Of a stretch of DNA of 64,000 nt, positions 36,429 to 46,241 are shown piece by piece (position 1 is the stretch's first letter; each line of letters begins with the position of its first letter). The notes below the pieces were generated by a model. That model was given only the letters and a program-made list of their open reading frames with translations, ran no database searches and had not been told where the DNA came from. This DNA comes from Candidatus Omnitrophota bacterium (lineage in GTDB: Bacteria; Omnitrophota; Gorgyraeia; Zapsychrales; Zapsychraceae): contig DATDQB010000020.1 in NCBI GenBank assembly GCA_035292445.1, positions 155,484 to 219,483 on the forward strand, given 5' to 3'. The translations under genes and the position numbers were made by a program.

Positions 36429-39110
36429 ATGAACTCGGATGGCGTCAACCACGATGAGATCAATGTCCAGGACGTAGAGATCCAGGAGTGGATGGATTCC
36501 CTGGAATATGTCCTGCAGCACGGGACCACGGAACAGGCCGCCAAGATCCTCGGGCAACTGCAGATCCGCGCCCAAGCAGCCGGCGTTACCCTCCCCTTTA
36601 CGGTCAATACCCCTTACGTCAACACGATCCACCATTCCAAGCAGCCGGTGATGCCCGGTAATAGGGAGATCGAGCGGCGCATCAAAAGCTTGGTGCGCTG
36701 GAACGCCATGGCCATGGTCGTGCGCGGCAACCGCGCGGAAGCCGGCATCGGCGGGCACATCTCAACCTACGCCTCGGCGGCGACACTTTTTGAAGTCGGG
36801 TTTAACCATTTCTTCCGCGCGCGCACCGGTAAATTCTGCGGCGATTTCGTTTATTTTCAGGGCCATGCTTCTCCCGGCGTCTATGCCCGCGCTTTTATAG
36901 AAGGCCGGCTGACCGAACAAAACATGGAAAACTTCCGCCGGGAGCTTCAACCCGGGGGCGGATTATCCTCCTATCCCCATCCGTGGCTGATGCCGAACTT
37001 CTGGCAATTCCCGACCGTTTCCATGGGGCTTGCCCCCATCTGCGGCATTTATCAAGCCAGGTTCCTGCGCTATCTAGAAGACCGCGGCCTCAAACCCAAA
37101 GATGACGCCAAAGTATGGGTCTTTATGGGCGACGGCGAGTGTGATGAACCCGAATCATTGGGCGCTATCACGGTCGCTTCCCGCGAAAAATTAGACAATC
37201 TTGTTTTTGTCATCAACTGCAACCTCCAGCGTTTGGACGGCCCTGTGCGCGGCAACGGCAAGATCATTCAGGAACTGGAAGCTATTTTCCGCGGGGCACA
37301 ATGGAACGTCCTTAAGGTCATCTGGGGCGGCGAATGGGATCCCATTTTGGATAATGATACCGAGGGCTTATTGGCCAAACGCATGGGCGAAGTTGTCGAT
37401 GGCCAATATCAGCTCTACTCGGTTTCCAAAGGCGATTTTATCCGCAAAGATTTCTTCGGGCCTGACCAGCGCTTGCAGGAAATGGGGGCGAACCTCTCCG
37501 ATGAGCAGCTGGAAAAAATCAAACGCGGCGGGCACGACCCAGCTAAAGTCTATGCCGCTTATAAAAACGCCCAGGACTTCAAAGGGGCGCCGACCGTTAT
37601 TCTCGCGAAGACAGTCAAAGGCTACGGGCTTGGCGAGGCCGGCGAAGGCAAGAACATCACGCATCAGCAGAAAAAAATGAATGAGGAAGAGCTTAAAGAA
37701 TTCCGCACGCGATTCAATATCCCGATCTCCAATGACCAGGTTGCCGATGCCCCCTTCTACCGTCCGCCGGATAACTCCGAAGAGATGAAATACATGCATG
37801 AACGGCGTAAAGCTTTAGGCGGTTACGTTCCCTCCCGCCAACAAAAAAGTAAACCGATCAAAACACCGCCGGAAGAATTGTTCGAAGAATTTTATGAGGG
37901 GACCGAAGACCGCGAAGCGTCCACCACCATGGTGTACGTGCGCATCTTAAGCAAACTTCTTAAGGATAAAGAGGTCGGCAAGCTCATCGTTCCCATCATT
38001 CCCGATGAAGCGCGCACCTTCGGCATGGAAGCGCTGTTCCGCCAATGCGGCATTTATTCCCATATCGGCCAACTTTATGAACCGGTCGACAAAGAAAGCC
38101 TTCTTTATTACAAGGAAGCCAAAGACGGGCAGATCTTGGAAGAAGGCATCAATGAAGCAGGCTCCATCTCTTCCTTCATTGCCGCCGGAACGTCTTATTC
38201 AACGACCGGTATCAATACGATACCCTTTTATACTTATTACTCGATGTTCGGCCCGCAACGGGTCGGGGACCTCATCTGGGCCGCGGCCGATTCACGCTGC
38301 CGCGGGTTTTTGATCGGCGCAACGGCCGGGCGCACCACGCTTAACGGCGAAGGCCTGCAGCACCAGGACGGCCACAGCCATCTTCTTCTTTCATCCGTGC
38401 CGACCATACGCACCTACCATCCTTCTTATGCCTATGAGATCGCCGTTATTATCCGCGATGGCATCTATCGCATGTACGAAAAACAGGATAACGCCTTTTA
38501 CTATATCAGCGTCGGCAACGAAAACTATCCCATGCCGAAAATGCCGGCAGGCGCCAAAGAAGGCATCCTTAAGGGGCTGTACAAATTCAAGGCATCGCAA
38601 CTGAAGAAAGCATCGGCCAAGGCCCAATTGTTCGGAAGCGGCGCCATTCTTAATCAGGTCATGGAAGCGCAAAAAATACTGGAAACCAAATATAACATCG
38701 CCGCCGATGTCTGGAGCGTCACCAGCTACAACGAGCTGCGCCGCGATGGCCTTCACGTCGAACGGTCCAACATGCTCAACCCGACCAAGAAGCCCCAAGT
38801 TCCCTATGTTACCGGGCAATTGCAAGGGCTCGGTGATGTTTTTATCTTCGCCTCCGATAATATGAAAGCCATGTCCGATGGCATTGCCCCATGGGTCCCG
38901 GGACCGATGGTAAGTTTGGGGACCGACGGTTTCGGGCGCAGCGAATCGCGCGCCGCCCTTCGGGACTTTTTTGAAGTCGATGCCAAACATGTGGCCTTTG
39001 CCACGCTCGGCAAATTGTTCAAAGAAGGCAAGGTCAAAAAAGGCGTTGTCGAAAAAGCGGCCAAAGATCTCAAGATCGATCCGGATAAATTGAATCCGAT
39101 GGTTTCGTGA
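36429..39110 (+). CDS. aceE: Pyruvate dehydrogenase E1 component (homodimeric AceE type).
   Basis: 893 aa. Thiamine-diphosphate binding region GDGECDEPESLGA. Collinear with enterobacterial AceE. Confidence 0.9.
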   Translation: MNSDGVNHDEINVQDVEIQEWMDSLEYVLQHGTTEQAAKILGQLQIRAQAAGVTLPFTVNTPYVNTIHHSKQPVMPGNREIERRIKSLVRWNAMAMVVRGNRAEAGIGGHISTYASAATLFEVGFNHFFRARTGKFCGDFVYFQGHASPGVYARAFIEGRLTEQNMENFRRELQPGGGLSSYPHPWLMPNFWQFPTVSMGLAPICGIYQARFLRYLEDRGLKPKDDAKVWVFMGDGECDEPESLGAITVASREKLDNLVFVINCNLQRLDGPVRGNGKIIQELEAIFRGAQWNVLKVIWGGEWDPILDNDTEGLLAKRMGEVVDGQYQLYSVSKGDFIRKDFFGPDQRLQEMGANLSDEQLEKIKRGGHDPAKVYAAYKNAQDFKGAPTVILAKTVKGYGLGEAGEGKNITHQQKKMNEEELKEFRTRFNIPISNDQVADAPFYRPPDNSEEMKYMHERRKALGGYVPSRQQKSKPIKTPPEELFEEFYEGTEDREASTTMVYVRILSKLLKDKEVGKLIVPIIPDEARTFGMEALFRQCGIYSHIGQLYEPVDKESLLYYKEAKDGQILEEGINEAGSISSFIAAGTSYSTTGINTIPFYTYYSMFGPQRVGDLIWAAADSRCRGFLIGATAGRTTLNGEGLQHQDGHSHLLLSSVPTIRTYHPSYAYEIAVIIRDGIYRMYEKQDNAFYYISVGNENYPMPKMPAGAKEGILKGLYKFKASQLKKASAKAQLFGSGAILNQVMEAQKILETKYNIAADVWSVTSYNELRRDGLHVERSNMLNPTKKPQVPYVTGQLQGLGDVFIFASDNMKAMSDGIAPWVPGPMVSLGTDGFGRSESRAALRDFFEVDAKHVAFATLGKLFKEGKVKKGVVEKAAKDLKIDPDKLNPMVS

Positions 39111-39213
39111 AAATAATTCATGGGTTACCAGTTACCCGTAACCCGTTTCCTATAGAAATCAAAACCGGCAACTGGTAACCGGTAACAGGTAACCAAACCT
39201 CCTTACTTTTACT
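39111..39213. repeat. Intergenic imperfect long hairpin built from GGTAACC-like tandem motifs.
   Basis: gggttaccagttacccgtaaccc ... ggcaactggtaaccggtaacaggtaacc. The same motif family recurs at 59258-59341. Confidence 0.6.
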
Positions 39214-40509
39214 ATGATCGACTTCAAACTCCCCGCCGTCGGCGAAAACATCGAAAAAGGAACGGTCATCAAGCTGTTGGTCTCCGTTGGCGAAGCCGTT
39301 GCCAAGGGCCAGGACCTATTGGAACTGGAAACCGACAAAGCGACCATTCCTGTCCCCTCTCCCAACAACGGTGTCATCAAAGAGATCTTCATTAAAGAAG
39401 GCGATGAGGTCAAAGTCGGCGCTGTCATTATGAAAATTGAAACCCGCCAGCATTCTTCGAATGCTGGCGAGGCCTCGCCAGATTTACAAAAGAAATCTGG
39501 CTGGCCGCCAGCCGCAAAAATTTCCGAACAAAAACCTAAAATCGCAACTAAGACCACAACAAGAGCAGTGCCTCAACCGATGTCACGCACTCCGCTGCCT
39601 AATGAAGCGATTCCCCCACAGACCAATGTCCCGGCCGCGCCGGTCGTACGGCGGTTAGCCCGCGAACTGGGAATCGTTATCTCTCAAGTGCAAGGGTCAG
39701 GCCCGGGCGGGCGCATCAGCGACGATGACGTTAAGGCGTTTGCCAAACAGATCATTTTAGGCGCCGGCCAGATGGGTGGCGGGCTGGCGAAAAAGACCTT
39801 GCCGGATTTTACCAAATGGGGCGAAGTTGAGCGCCAGCCGATGAACAACATCCGCAAAATAACCGCGGAACATTTGAGCTACTGCTGGCAGACCATCCCT
39901 CATGTCACCCAATTTGACAATGCCGACATTACGGAATTGGAAGACTTGCGCAAAAATAGATCAACAGACCATCGCAAGCTCACCATCACCGCGTTTCTCT
40001 TGAAAGTGATGGCTTGGGGCCTGAAAGAATTCCCGCAATTTAATTCCAGCGTCGATATGGACACGCAAGAGATCATTTACAAAAAATACATTCATTTAGG
40101 TGTGGCGGTCGATACCGACCGGGGGCTTTTGGTGCCGGTCATCCGTGACGTCGACAAGAAAAGCATCGTTGAACTGACCGATGAGCTTGGCAAAATGGCC
40201 GAACGGGCCAGGACCAGAAAAACTTCTTTGGAAGAGCTCCACGGCAGCAGCATGGCCCTGACCAATTTAGGGGGCATCGGCGGCACCCATTTTACGCCGA
40301 TCATCAACTGGCCCGATGTCGCCATTTTAGGCGTGTCCCGCGGCGTGTGGGAGCCGGTGTACGCGGACGGCAAATTTATTCCCCGTTTAAAACTTCCCCT
40401 TTCACTTTCCTACGACCATCGCATCATCGATGGGGCCGACGGCGCCAGATTCTTACGCTGGGTCTGCAGGAAGATCGAACAGACATCCTGGGCGGATGAA
40501 TTAAGGTAG
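39214..40509 (+). CDS. aceF: Dihydrolipoamide acetyltransferase E2 (lipoyl domain, E3-binding domain, catalytic domain).
   Basis: Lipoyl-lysine motif ELETDKATIPVPS. PSBD RRLARELGI. Catalytic motif DHRIIDGADGARFL. Confidence 0.9.
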   Translation: MIDFKLPAVGENIEKGTVIKLLVSVGEAVAKGQDLLELETDKATIPVPSPNNGVIKEIFIKEGDEVKVGAVIMKIETRQHSSNAGEASPDLQKKSGWPPAAKISEQKPKIATKTTTRAVPQPMSRTPLPNEAIPPQTNVPAAPVVRRLARELGIVISQVQGSGPGGRISDDDVKAFAKQIILGAGQMGGGLAKKTLPDFTKWGEVERQPMNNIRKITAEHLSYCWQTIPHVTQFDNADITELEDLRKNRSTDHRKLTITAFLLKVMAWGLKEFPQFNSSVDMDTQEIIYKKYIHLGVAVDTDRGLLVPVIRDVDKKSIVELTDELGKMAERARTRKTSLEELHGSSMALTNLGGIGGTHFTPIINWPDVAILGVSRGVWEPVYADGKFIPRLKLPLSLSYDHRIIDGADGARFLRWVCRKIEQTSWADELR

Positions 40510-40551
40510 GGGCAGGCCTTGCGCCTGCCCGATAACGGGCAACCATAAAGG

Positions 40552-42366
40552 TTGCCCCTACATAATATGATAGACATCAAATTACCGGAAATAGGCGAGA
40601 ACATAGAAAAAGGCACGGTCATCAAGCTGTTGGTTTCCGTCGGCGATCAAGTCACGAAGGGGCAGGATCTTCTCGAGCTGGAAACGGACAAAGCGACCAT
40701 TCCTGTCCCTTCGGCCTATAGCGGCGTTATCAAAGAGATCCTTATTAAAGAAGGCCAAGACGTCGAGATCGGCGCGGTGATCATGCGCCTCGATGCGCGA
40801 TCACTCGAAAGCGGCAAGGCTAAGCCAGCCACCCCTCAACCAAAGCCTCAAGCGCAACAAAAAACTCAAGCAGTCCGCCAACATTCTTTGAATGTTGGCG
40901 AGACCTCGCCAGATTTACAACGTAAATCTGGCGGGCAACCGCCCGTTGACCTTAAGAATATCAAAGTCGCTGTCGTTGGTGCCGGCCCCGGCGGTTATGC
41001 CGCCGCCTTTTTGGCCGCTGATTTAGGCCTAGACATCACCTTGATCGACCGTGATATCAACCCTGGCGGCGTTTGCCTTTACCGCGGCTGCATCCCTTCG
41101 AAAGCACTGCTTCATGCGGCCAAAGTTTTATCGGAATCCAAAGACGCCAAACATTTCGGTATCGAATTCAACAAACCCAAGATCGATCTCGATAAATTAC
41201 GCGGATGGAAAGACAGCGTTGTCCAGCAACTCACGGGCGGCTTAGGGATATTGGCCAAACAACGGAAGGTCAAATATGTCCGCGGGACCGCCACGTTCGT
41301 TGACTCAACCACACTGCTTATCAAAAAAGAAGACGGCTCATCGGAAAAAAGTAAATTTGATTATACGGTGATCGCCACCGGTTCCCGGCCCATTAAACTT
41401 CCTTTCCAGCCGGATTCCAAACGCCTGCTGGATTCGACAACGGCGCTCGAGCTTGAAAACATCCCTAAGTCCCTTCTGTTGGTCGGCGCCGGCTATATCG
41501 GGCTGGAATTGGGAACGGTGTATGCTGAATTAGGCGGTGAAGTTTCCGTCGTTGAAATGATGCCGGGGATCATTCCCGGAGCGGACCGCGACCTGGCCCA
41601 AGTGCTGGAAAAACGTTTAAAAACGATTTTCAAAAACATCATGCTCTCAACCAAGGTCCTGGGCATGAAAGAGACGAAAGACGGCATTAAGGTTTCTTTC
41701 GAAGACAAGGACGGCAAAAAATTTGATGAAACGTATGAAAAGGTGTTGGTCGCTATCGGCCGCAAGCCCAATTCGGAAAACTTAGGTTTGGATAAAACAA
41801 AAGTCAAGATCGACCCAAAAGGGTTTATCGAAGTGAATGGGCAACGGCGTACCGCCGATCCGCACATCTACGCCATCGGCGATGTCGCGGGAAATCCGAT
41901 GCTCGCGCATAAGGCCTCCCACGAAGGGCGCATCGCGGTTGAGGCGATCGCCGGCCATAAAGTGGCCTTCGAGCCCAACGCCATTCCGGCGGTTGTCTTT
42001 ACGGATCCCGAGATCGCCTGGGCGGGCTTGACCGAAACCGAGGCCAAAGACCAGGGCATTGAAGTGGAAGTCGTCAAATATCCGTGGGCGGCATCAGGGC
42101 GGGCCTTAACGCTTAACCGCAGCGACGGGTTTACAAAACTTTTGATACAGCCTAGAACGGAACGCATCTTAGGTGTTTCGATCGTGGGGCCCGGGGCGGG
42201 TGAGTTGATCGCGGAAGGTGTCTTGGCGCTCGAAATGGGCTCGGTCGTCTCAGACCTGAAACTCAGTATCCATCCTCATCCAACACTTACCGAAACGCTC
42301 ATGGAATCAGCAGAAATATTCTTCGGCCAAAGCACGCATGTCTACAAGCCCAGAAAAAAAGGATAG
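40552..42366 (+). CDS. lpd: Dihydrolipoyl dehydrogenase E3 with a fused N-terminal lipoyl domain.
   Basis: The N-terminal 80 aa are near-identical to the E2 lipoyl domain. They are followed by FAD-binding VVGAGPGGYAAA, the redox disulfide GGVCLYRGCIPSK, and the C-terminal HPHPTLTE interface motif. Confidence 0.9.
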   Translation: MPLHNMIDIKLPEIGENIEKGTVIKLLVSVGDQVTKGQDLLELETDKATIPVPSAYSGVIKEILIKEGQDVEIGAVIMRLDARSLESGKAKPATPQPKPQAQQKTQAVRQHSLNVGETSPDLQRKSGGQPPVDLKNIKVAVVGAGPGGYAAAFLAADLGLDITLIDRDINPGGVCLYRGCIPSKALLHAAKVLSESKDAKHFGIEFNKPKIDLDKLRGWKDSVVQQLTGGLGILAKQRKVKYVRGTATFVDSTTLLIKKEDGSSEKSKFDYTVIATGSRPIKLPFQPDSKRLLDSTTALELENIPKSLLLVGAGYIGLELGTVYAELGGEVSVVEMMPGIIPGADRDLAQVLEKRLKTIFKNIMLSTKVLGMKETKDGIKVSFEDKDGKKFDETYEKVLVAIGRKPNSENLGLDKTKVKIDPKGFIEVNGQRRTADPHIYAIGDVAGNPMLAHKASHEGRIAVEAIAGHKVAFEPNAIPAVVFTDPEIAWAGLTETEAKDQGIEVEVVKYPWAASGRALTLNRSDGFTKLLIQPRTERILGVSIVGPGAGELIAEGVLALEMGSVVSDLKLSIHPHPTLTETLMESAEIFFGQSTHVYKPRKKG

Positions 42367-42553
42367 TTGGTTATAAGTTGTAAGTTATAAGTAGTAAGTT
42401 AAAAGAAAAACAGAAAAAAACAAACAAACAAAAAAAACGATATTCATATTTTGAATATCGTTTTTTTCTTTCTTTATTCTTTATTTATTTTTTCTTTCTT
42501 TTTTGCTTTTAAGCTTTTACTTATAACCTATGACTTATTACTTATGACTCTTT
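42367..42553. repeat. Intergenic low-complexity long inverted repeat (TAAGT/ACTTA tandem motifs) around a central bidirectional terminator hairpin.
   Basis: gttataagttgtaagttataagtagtaagtt ... acgatattcatattttgaatatcgt flanked by A- and T-runs ... aagcttttacttataacctatgacttattacttatgac. Confidence 0.6.
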
Positions 42554-42925
42554 CTAAATCTCTTTCCCTATCGCCAACTTGACCACCTGGCGCACTTCAT
42601 CCATTTCAAAAGGTTTCTTCAGGCATGTGATCGCCCCCAATTCCATGGCGCGATGGCGCTTCTCATCCACCGAATAACCGCTCATCATGACAACCGGCAG
42701 GTCGGGAGCGACCTCTCTGATCTTTTCCAATACCGACACCCCATCGGGTTCCGGCATGACGATATCGATAAAAACAATATCAAACTTCTCTTTCTTGACC
42801 AATTGGACCGCCTCTTCGCCGTCCTGGACGATCTTGATGTCATGGCCCTTATAGCCCAAGGTGACCCCGAAAAGGTCCCCGATCACCCGTTTATCATCCA
42901 CGACCAATGCTTTTATTTTATCCAT
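42554..42925 (-). CDS. Single-domain response regulator (receiver only).
   Basis: KALVVDD ... IVFIDIVMPEPDG ... receiver fold. 123 aa. Confidence 0.8.
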   Translation of the reverse strand: MDKIKALVVDDKRVIGDLFGVTLGYKGHDIKIVQDGEEAVQLVKKEKFDIVFIDIVMPEPDGVSVLEKIREVAPDLPVVMMSGYSVDEKRHRAMELGAITCLKKPFEMDEVRQVVKLAIGKEI

Positions 42926-42967
42926 CGTTCTTCTCCGAATGACTTATTATAACAGAGGCCAAACCGG

Positions 42968-43864
42968 TTATGTTTTTTGTTCTTTCGTTTTAACGGCCGG
43001 GAGTTTAATGATAAAATTGGCCCCCTTGTGCGGCTGGCTTTCCACGTATACCTTGCCGCCGTGCTCGGCGATCAAGTCTTTGACGAGCGTGAGCCCGATC
43101 CCCGCCCCCTTCGGCTTTTTCGAATAAAAAGGCTCAAAGATCCTTTGTTGGTCGCCCGCCGAAATCCCCGGGCCGGTATCCAGGAAAGAAACTTCAACCT
43201 CGTTCTTCGGCGCATCAAAGCTTGTCGAAATGGCCAGGAATTTATCGCTCCCGCGCGGCAGTTCCCCCATCGCCTGCATCGCGTTAATGACGATATTCAT
43301 GAAGATCTGCTGCAGGTGGATCCCGTCGGCATAAACGAAAGGCAGGCCGTCTTCCAAATTCAGGTCCCAATTGACGCGCTGGATGCGCAATTCGTCCTTC
43401 AACAAATTGATCGAACGGTAAATGATGTCGTTGACGTTGATATAATCCTTCCTGATCTCCCGATGGCGGACCAATTCCATCAGATCGCCCAGCATCTCCT
43501 TAAGGTACACCGATTGCTCATCGATCAAACACACCGGCTTATAGAAGACGACATTGGGGTCCATTTCTTTCTTGAGGAATTTGGCGAAGCCGTGAATGGC
43601 TGTGATCGGCTGGCTGATCTGGTGCAGTATGCCTGCGCTCAAACTGGCGACGGCGGAAATTTTCCCGCTCTCCATCAATTTAAGCTGGGTGGTGCGCAGC
43701 TCCTCGACGACCTGGCTCATCTCGCGGGCCTTCTCATCCAGGGCGTTCTCGTACTGGCGCGTCTTGTCCCTGATCTGCTTATTCAGGAAGACGATATAAA
43801 TAAAAAGGACGAGGACGATGATGAACTGGATAAAAGCCAAAATGGTCAGCTGTAAAAGTGTCAT
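42968..43864 (-). CDS. Membrane-anchored sensor histidine kinase.
   Basis: One N-terminal TM helix. The H-box region is followed by HATPase N/G boxes (NIVINAMQAM, DTGPGI, GAGIGL). Confidence 0.75.
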   Translation of the reverse strand: MTLLQLTILAFIQFIIVLVLFIYIVFLNKQIRDKTRQYENALDEKAREMSQVVEELRTTQLKLMESGKISAVASLSAGILHQISQPITAIHGFAKFLKKEMDPNVVFYKPVCLIDEQSVYLKEMLGDLMELVRHREIRKDYINVNDIIYRSINLLKDELRIQRVNWDLNLEDGLPFVYADGIHLQQIFMNIVINAMQAMGELPRGSDKFLAISTSFDAPKNEVEVSFLDTGPGISAGDQQRIFEPFYSKKPKGAGIGLTLVKDLIAEHGGKVYVESQPHKGANFIIKLPAVKTKEQKT

Positions 43865-44316
43865 AGGTCCTTAATATCTAAATGGAACATCCATTGGTCG
43901 CCTTTTTTGATGCCGTGCTTCCTGACTTCCCCGGCATTGACCTCCAAGACATAGACCGCCTCTTCTTCGGGAACATAATGGGGGCAGGGGTCTTTCTCAC
44001 AGGGCACGGCCTCTTCCTTGATGTCCACGACCCGCCGGGCATCATCCAGCCATAAGATATCCAACGGGATCAATGTGTCTTTCATCCAAAATGAATGGCG
44101 GTAACTGGAAGGAAAAACGAACAACATTCCCCGGCGGCCCTCAAGCTGCTGGCGGAACATAAGCCCCTTCATCCATTCCTCCTGTGTCCTGGCCACTTCG
44201 ACCTCGTAACAAATATCTTTGAGGCAGGCCCGGTGTTGCCCCCCCGGTGCGGCGGCACACGCCAAGAATAAAAACACGACCGCCAAAATAAAATTACTCG
44301 GAAAGAATCGGATCAT
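43861..44316 (-). CDS. DUF192 (COG1430) family protein, secreted.
   Basis: Signal peptide. Conserved WMKGLMFR ... PLDILWLD pattern typical of DUF192. Confidence 0.65.
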   Translation of the reverse strand: MIRFFPSNFILAVVFLFLACAAAPGGQHRACLKDICYEVEVARTQEEWMKGLMFRQQLEGRRGMLFVFPSSYRHSFWMKDTLIPLDILWLDDARRVVDIKEEAVPCEKDPCPHYVPEEEAVYVLEVNAGEVRKHGIKKGDQWMFHLDIKDL

Positions 44317-45658
44317 CGGATTGAATGATATTCAAATAATCTTTAAATTCCAGTTTACCTGTGATCTCTTTGTTAGTGACGGCGATGCGCCGTGATATAT
44401 GCGGGTGCGTGCGCCAATAGCTGTACACCCGGATCGGGTCTTTTTCCTGCTTTTCTTTGAGCATCTCAAGAAAGACGATCATTTGGGCCGGGTCATAACC
44501 GGCATTTTTCATGTATTTGACCGCCAGCTGATCGGCCTGAAATTCATCCTGCTGGGAATATTCCGTGAACAAAGAACTGATCGCCAAGCTGACTCCCGCC
44601 GCCACATCGGAATTTTTTGTCTCCATCGATAAGATCTGCACGAGCATGGCGCCGTAAAAAGCCTGCAGCCTCTTAACGCCGTGCCGGGCAGTGATGTGCC
44701 CGACCTCGTGCGCGATGACGCCAGCCAACTGGTCATCGTTCTCGATTTTATCCATCAGGTCTTTGAATACATAAATATACCCTCCCGGAAGGCTGACAGC
44801 GTTAATGATCTCCTCGCCGCTTTCTTCTTTTTCATCGATGATCTTCGCGAAATACAGCAAGCCTTTACGGTCACAGACTTGGACGATACGCTCAAGAACC
44901 AGATCAAGCCGTTCATTAAGGTCGATGTCCTCAATGACCTCAAATTGCTCCTCGACCTGCTCGGCCACGCGTTCCCCGATACGGACTTCCTTGTCGGTCG
45001 AGTATAACAAGGATTCCTGCTGGCGCGTGGCCAGGTTATATTCGCTGGTGCATCCACAGAAAAAAACGGCCAAACACACGCTCAAGACACAAACGCCCAT
45101 TTTCTTGAGCATCCTAAACAGCTTCGCCATCGGCAATCCGATCACGTTGGTGTAACAGCCCTCGATCCGGTGGATAAAAACGCTGCCGACCCCTTCGATA
45201 TCAAACCCGCCGGCCTTATCAAAGGGGTGCACCTTGCGGTGGTAATTGCCGATCTCTTTATCCGTCAAGGCCGTCATGTACACCTTTGTCTTTTCGTAAT
45301 CAACGAGCCGCTTTCCCGAATCGGTATCGATCAGCGCCACCCCCGTATAAACCCATTGGGCCTTTGAAAAAAGGGCCTTTAAGATGCGCCGGGCATCCGC
45401 GTAATTGCGCGGCTTTAAAATAAGCCTTTTACCGCCCGCGTAAACGACCGTATCGGCGCCGATGACAATACTGCCTTTATGTCGAGCCGCCACTTCTTGG
45501 GCCTTTTTCAAAGCGTTGTGCTGGACCAAGTGGGCGCAGCTGTAGGTGATGTTCTCTAATTCTTTGGAATGGCTGGGCACGACGCAAAATTTGACGCCCA
45601 GAAGCGAAAGAAGTTTCTTGCGCTGCTTGGAAGCTGATGCAAGGATTATACGTTTCAT
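44294..45658 (-). CDS. In-frame fusion of Maf (nucleoside triphosphate pyrophosphatase) to a lipoprotein-type M48 zinc metallopeptidase.
   Basis: N-terminal 190 aa are Maf-like (ILASASKQRKKLL ... GADTVV ... IGLPM). They are followed by a hydrophobic segment with lipobox FFCGC, then an M48 domain with HEVGHITARH (HExxH). There is no stop between the parts. Confidence 0.65.
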   Translation of the reverse strand: MKRIILASASKQRKKLLSLLGVKFCVVPSHSKELENITYSCAHLVQHNALKKAQEVAARHKGSIVIGADTVVYAGGKRLILKPRNYADARRILKALFSKAQWVYTGVALIDTDSGKRLVDYEKTKVYMTALTDKEIGNYHRKVHPFDKAGGFDIEGVGSVFIHRIEGCYTNVIGLPMAKLFRMLKKMGVCVLSVCLAVFFCGCTSEYNLATRQQESLLYSTDKEVRIGERVAEQVEEQFEVIEDIDLNERLDLVLERIVQVCDRKGLLYFAKIIDEKEESGEEIINAVSLPGGYIYVFKDLMDKIENDDQLAGVIAHEVGHITARHGVKRLQAFYGAMLVQILSMETKNSDVAAGVSLAISSLFTEYSQQDEFQADQLAVKYMKNAGYDPAQMIVFLEMLKEKQEKDPIRVYSYWRTHPHISRRIAVTNKEITGKLEFKDYLNIIQSDDPILSE

Positions 45659-45665
45659 TTATATA

Positions 45666-46241
45666 TCAAGATGAATGGAAATCGCCGGCCTTAAAAACGG
45701 ATACCAGCTCACAGCCTTTTTTGGCCAGCGCTTCTTTGGCCCCTTCCCCGCGGTCGATCAGGCAAACCGCCTTCACCACCTTGACATCAAGGGCCGTTAA
45801 AACGTCCAGAGAATGGATGAACGCCTGGCCCGTCGTTGCCACATCGTCGATCAGGATAACGCGGCTGCCCTTCGCGAGCGCCGGGCCTTCGAGCAAGCGC
45901 TGCTTGCCGTGCTCTTTGGCTTTTTTTCGGATAATGAACGTCTTCAAATGTTTCTTCTGCTGGTGGCTTAACACGTTAATGGCCCCGACCAGAGGATCGG
46001 CCCCCAGCGTCGGCCCGCCGATGGCGTCATAGGTAAGGCCTTCGATCGCCTCCAGGATAAGTTTGGCGCTCAAGTACGCGCCGTCAGAGGTCAGGGTGAT
46101 GAGGCGGGCGTCGATGTAATAGTCGCTCACTTTCCCCGAGGAAAGGGTGACCTTCTCGCGGAAATAGGCGTTCTTCTTGATGATGTTCCTAAGCTGTTCT
46201 TTGTCTTGCCTGGATTCAACGCTCATGGTTATCTTATCCAT
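45666..46241 (-). CDS. pyrE: Orotate phosphoribosyltransferase.
   Basis: PRPP-binding motif VILIDDVATTG. Length and overall pattern match PyrE. Confidence 0.8.
   Translation of the reverse strand: MDKITMSVESRQDKEQLRNIIKKNAYFREKVTLSSGKVSDYYIDARLITLTSDGAYLSAKLILEAIEGLTYDAIGGPTLGADPLVGAINVLSHQQKKHLKTFIIRKKAKEHGKQRLLEGPALAKGSRVILIDDVATTGQAFIHSLDVLTALDVKVVKAVCLIDRGEGAKEALAKKGCELVSVFKAGDFHSS

Noticed and set aside
36318-36758. 146-aa minus-strand ORF opposite the aceE 5' end. Similar antisense ORFs occur at 38391..38990, 33387..33929, 42977..43855, 57195..57701, 60202..60864 and 44805..45155.
   Set aside because: All are fully antisense to strongly supported conserved genes and have no motifs. 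They are typical shadow ORFs in GC-balanced DNA.
40510-40551. Two short GC hairpins (gggcaggc..gcctgccc and gggcaacc..ggttgccc) between aceF and lpd, as a possible mobile repeat.
   Set aside because: They are short, lie in an intra-operon spacer, and look like an ordinary attenuator or partial terminator. They are not of the motif-repeat hairpin family.
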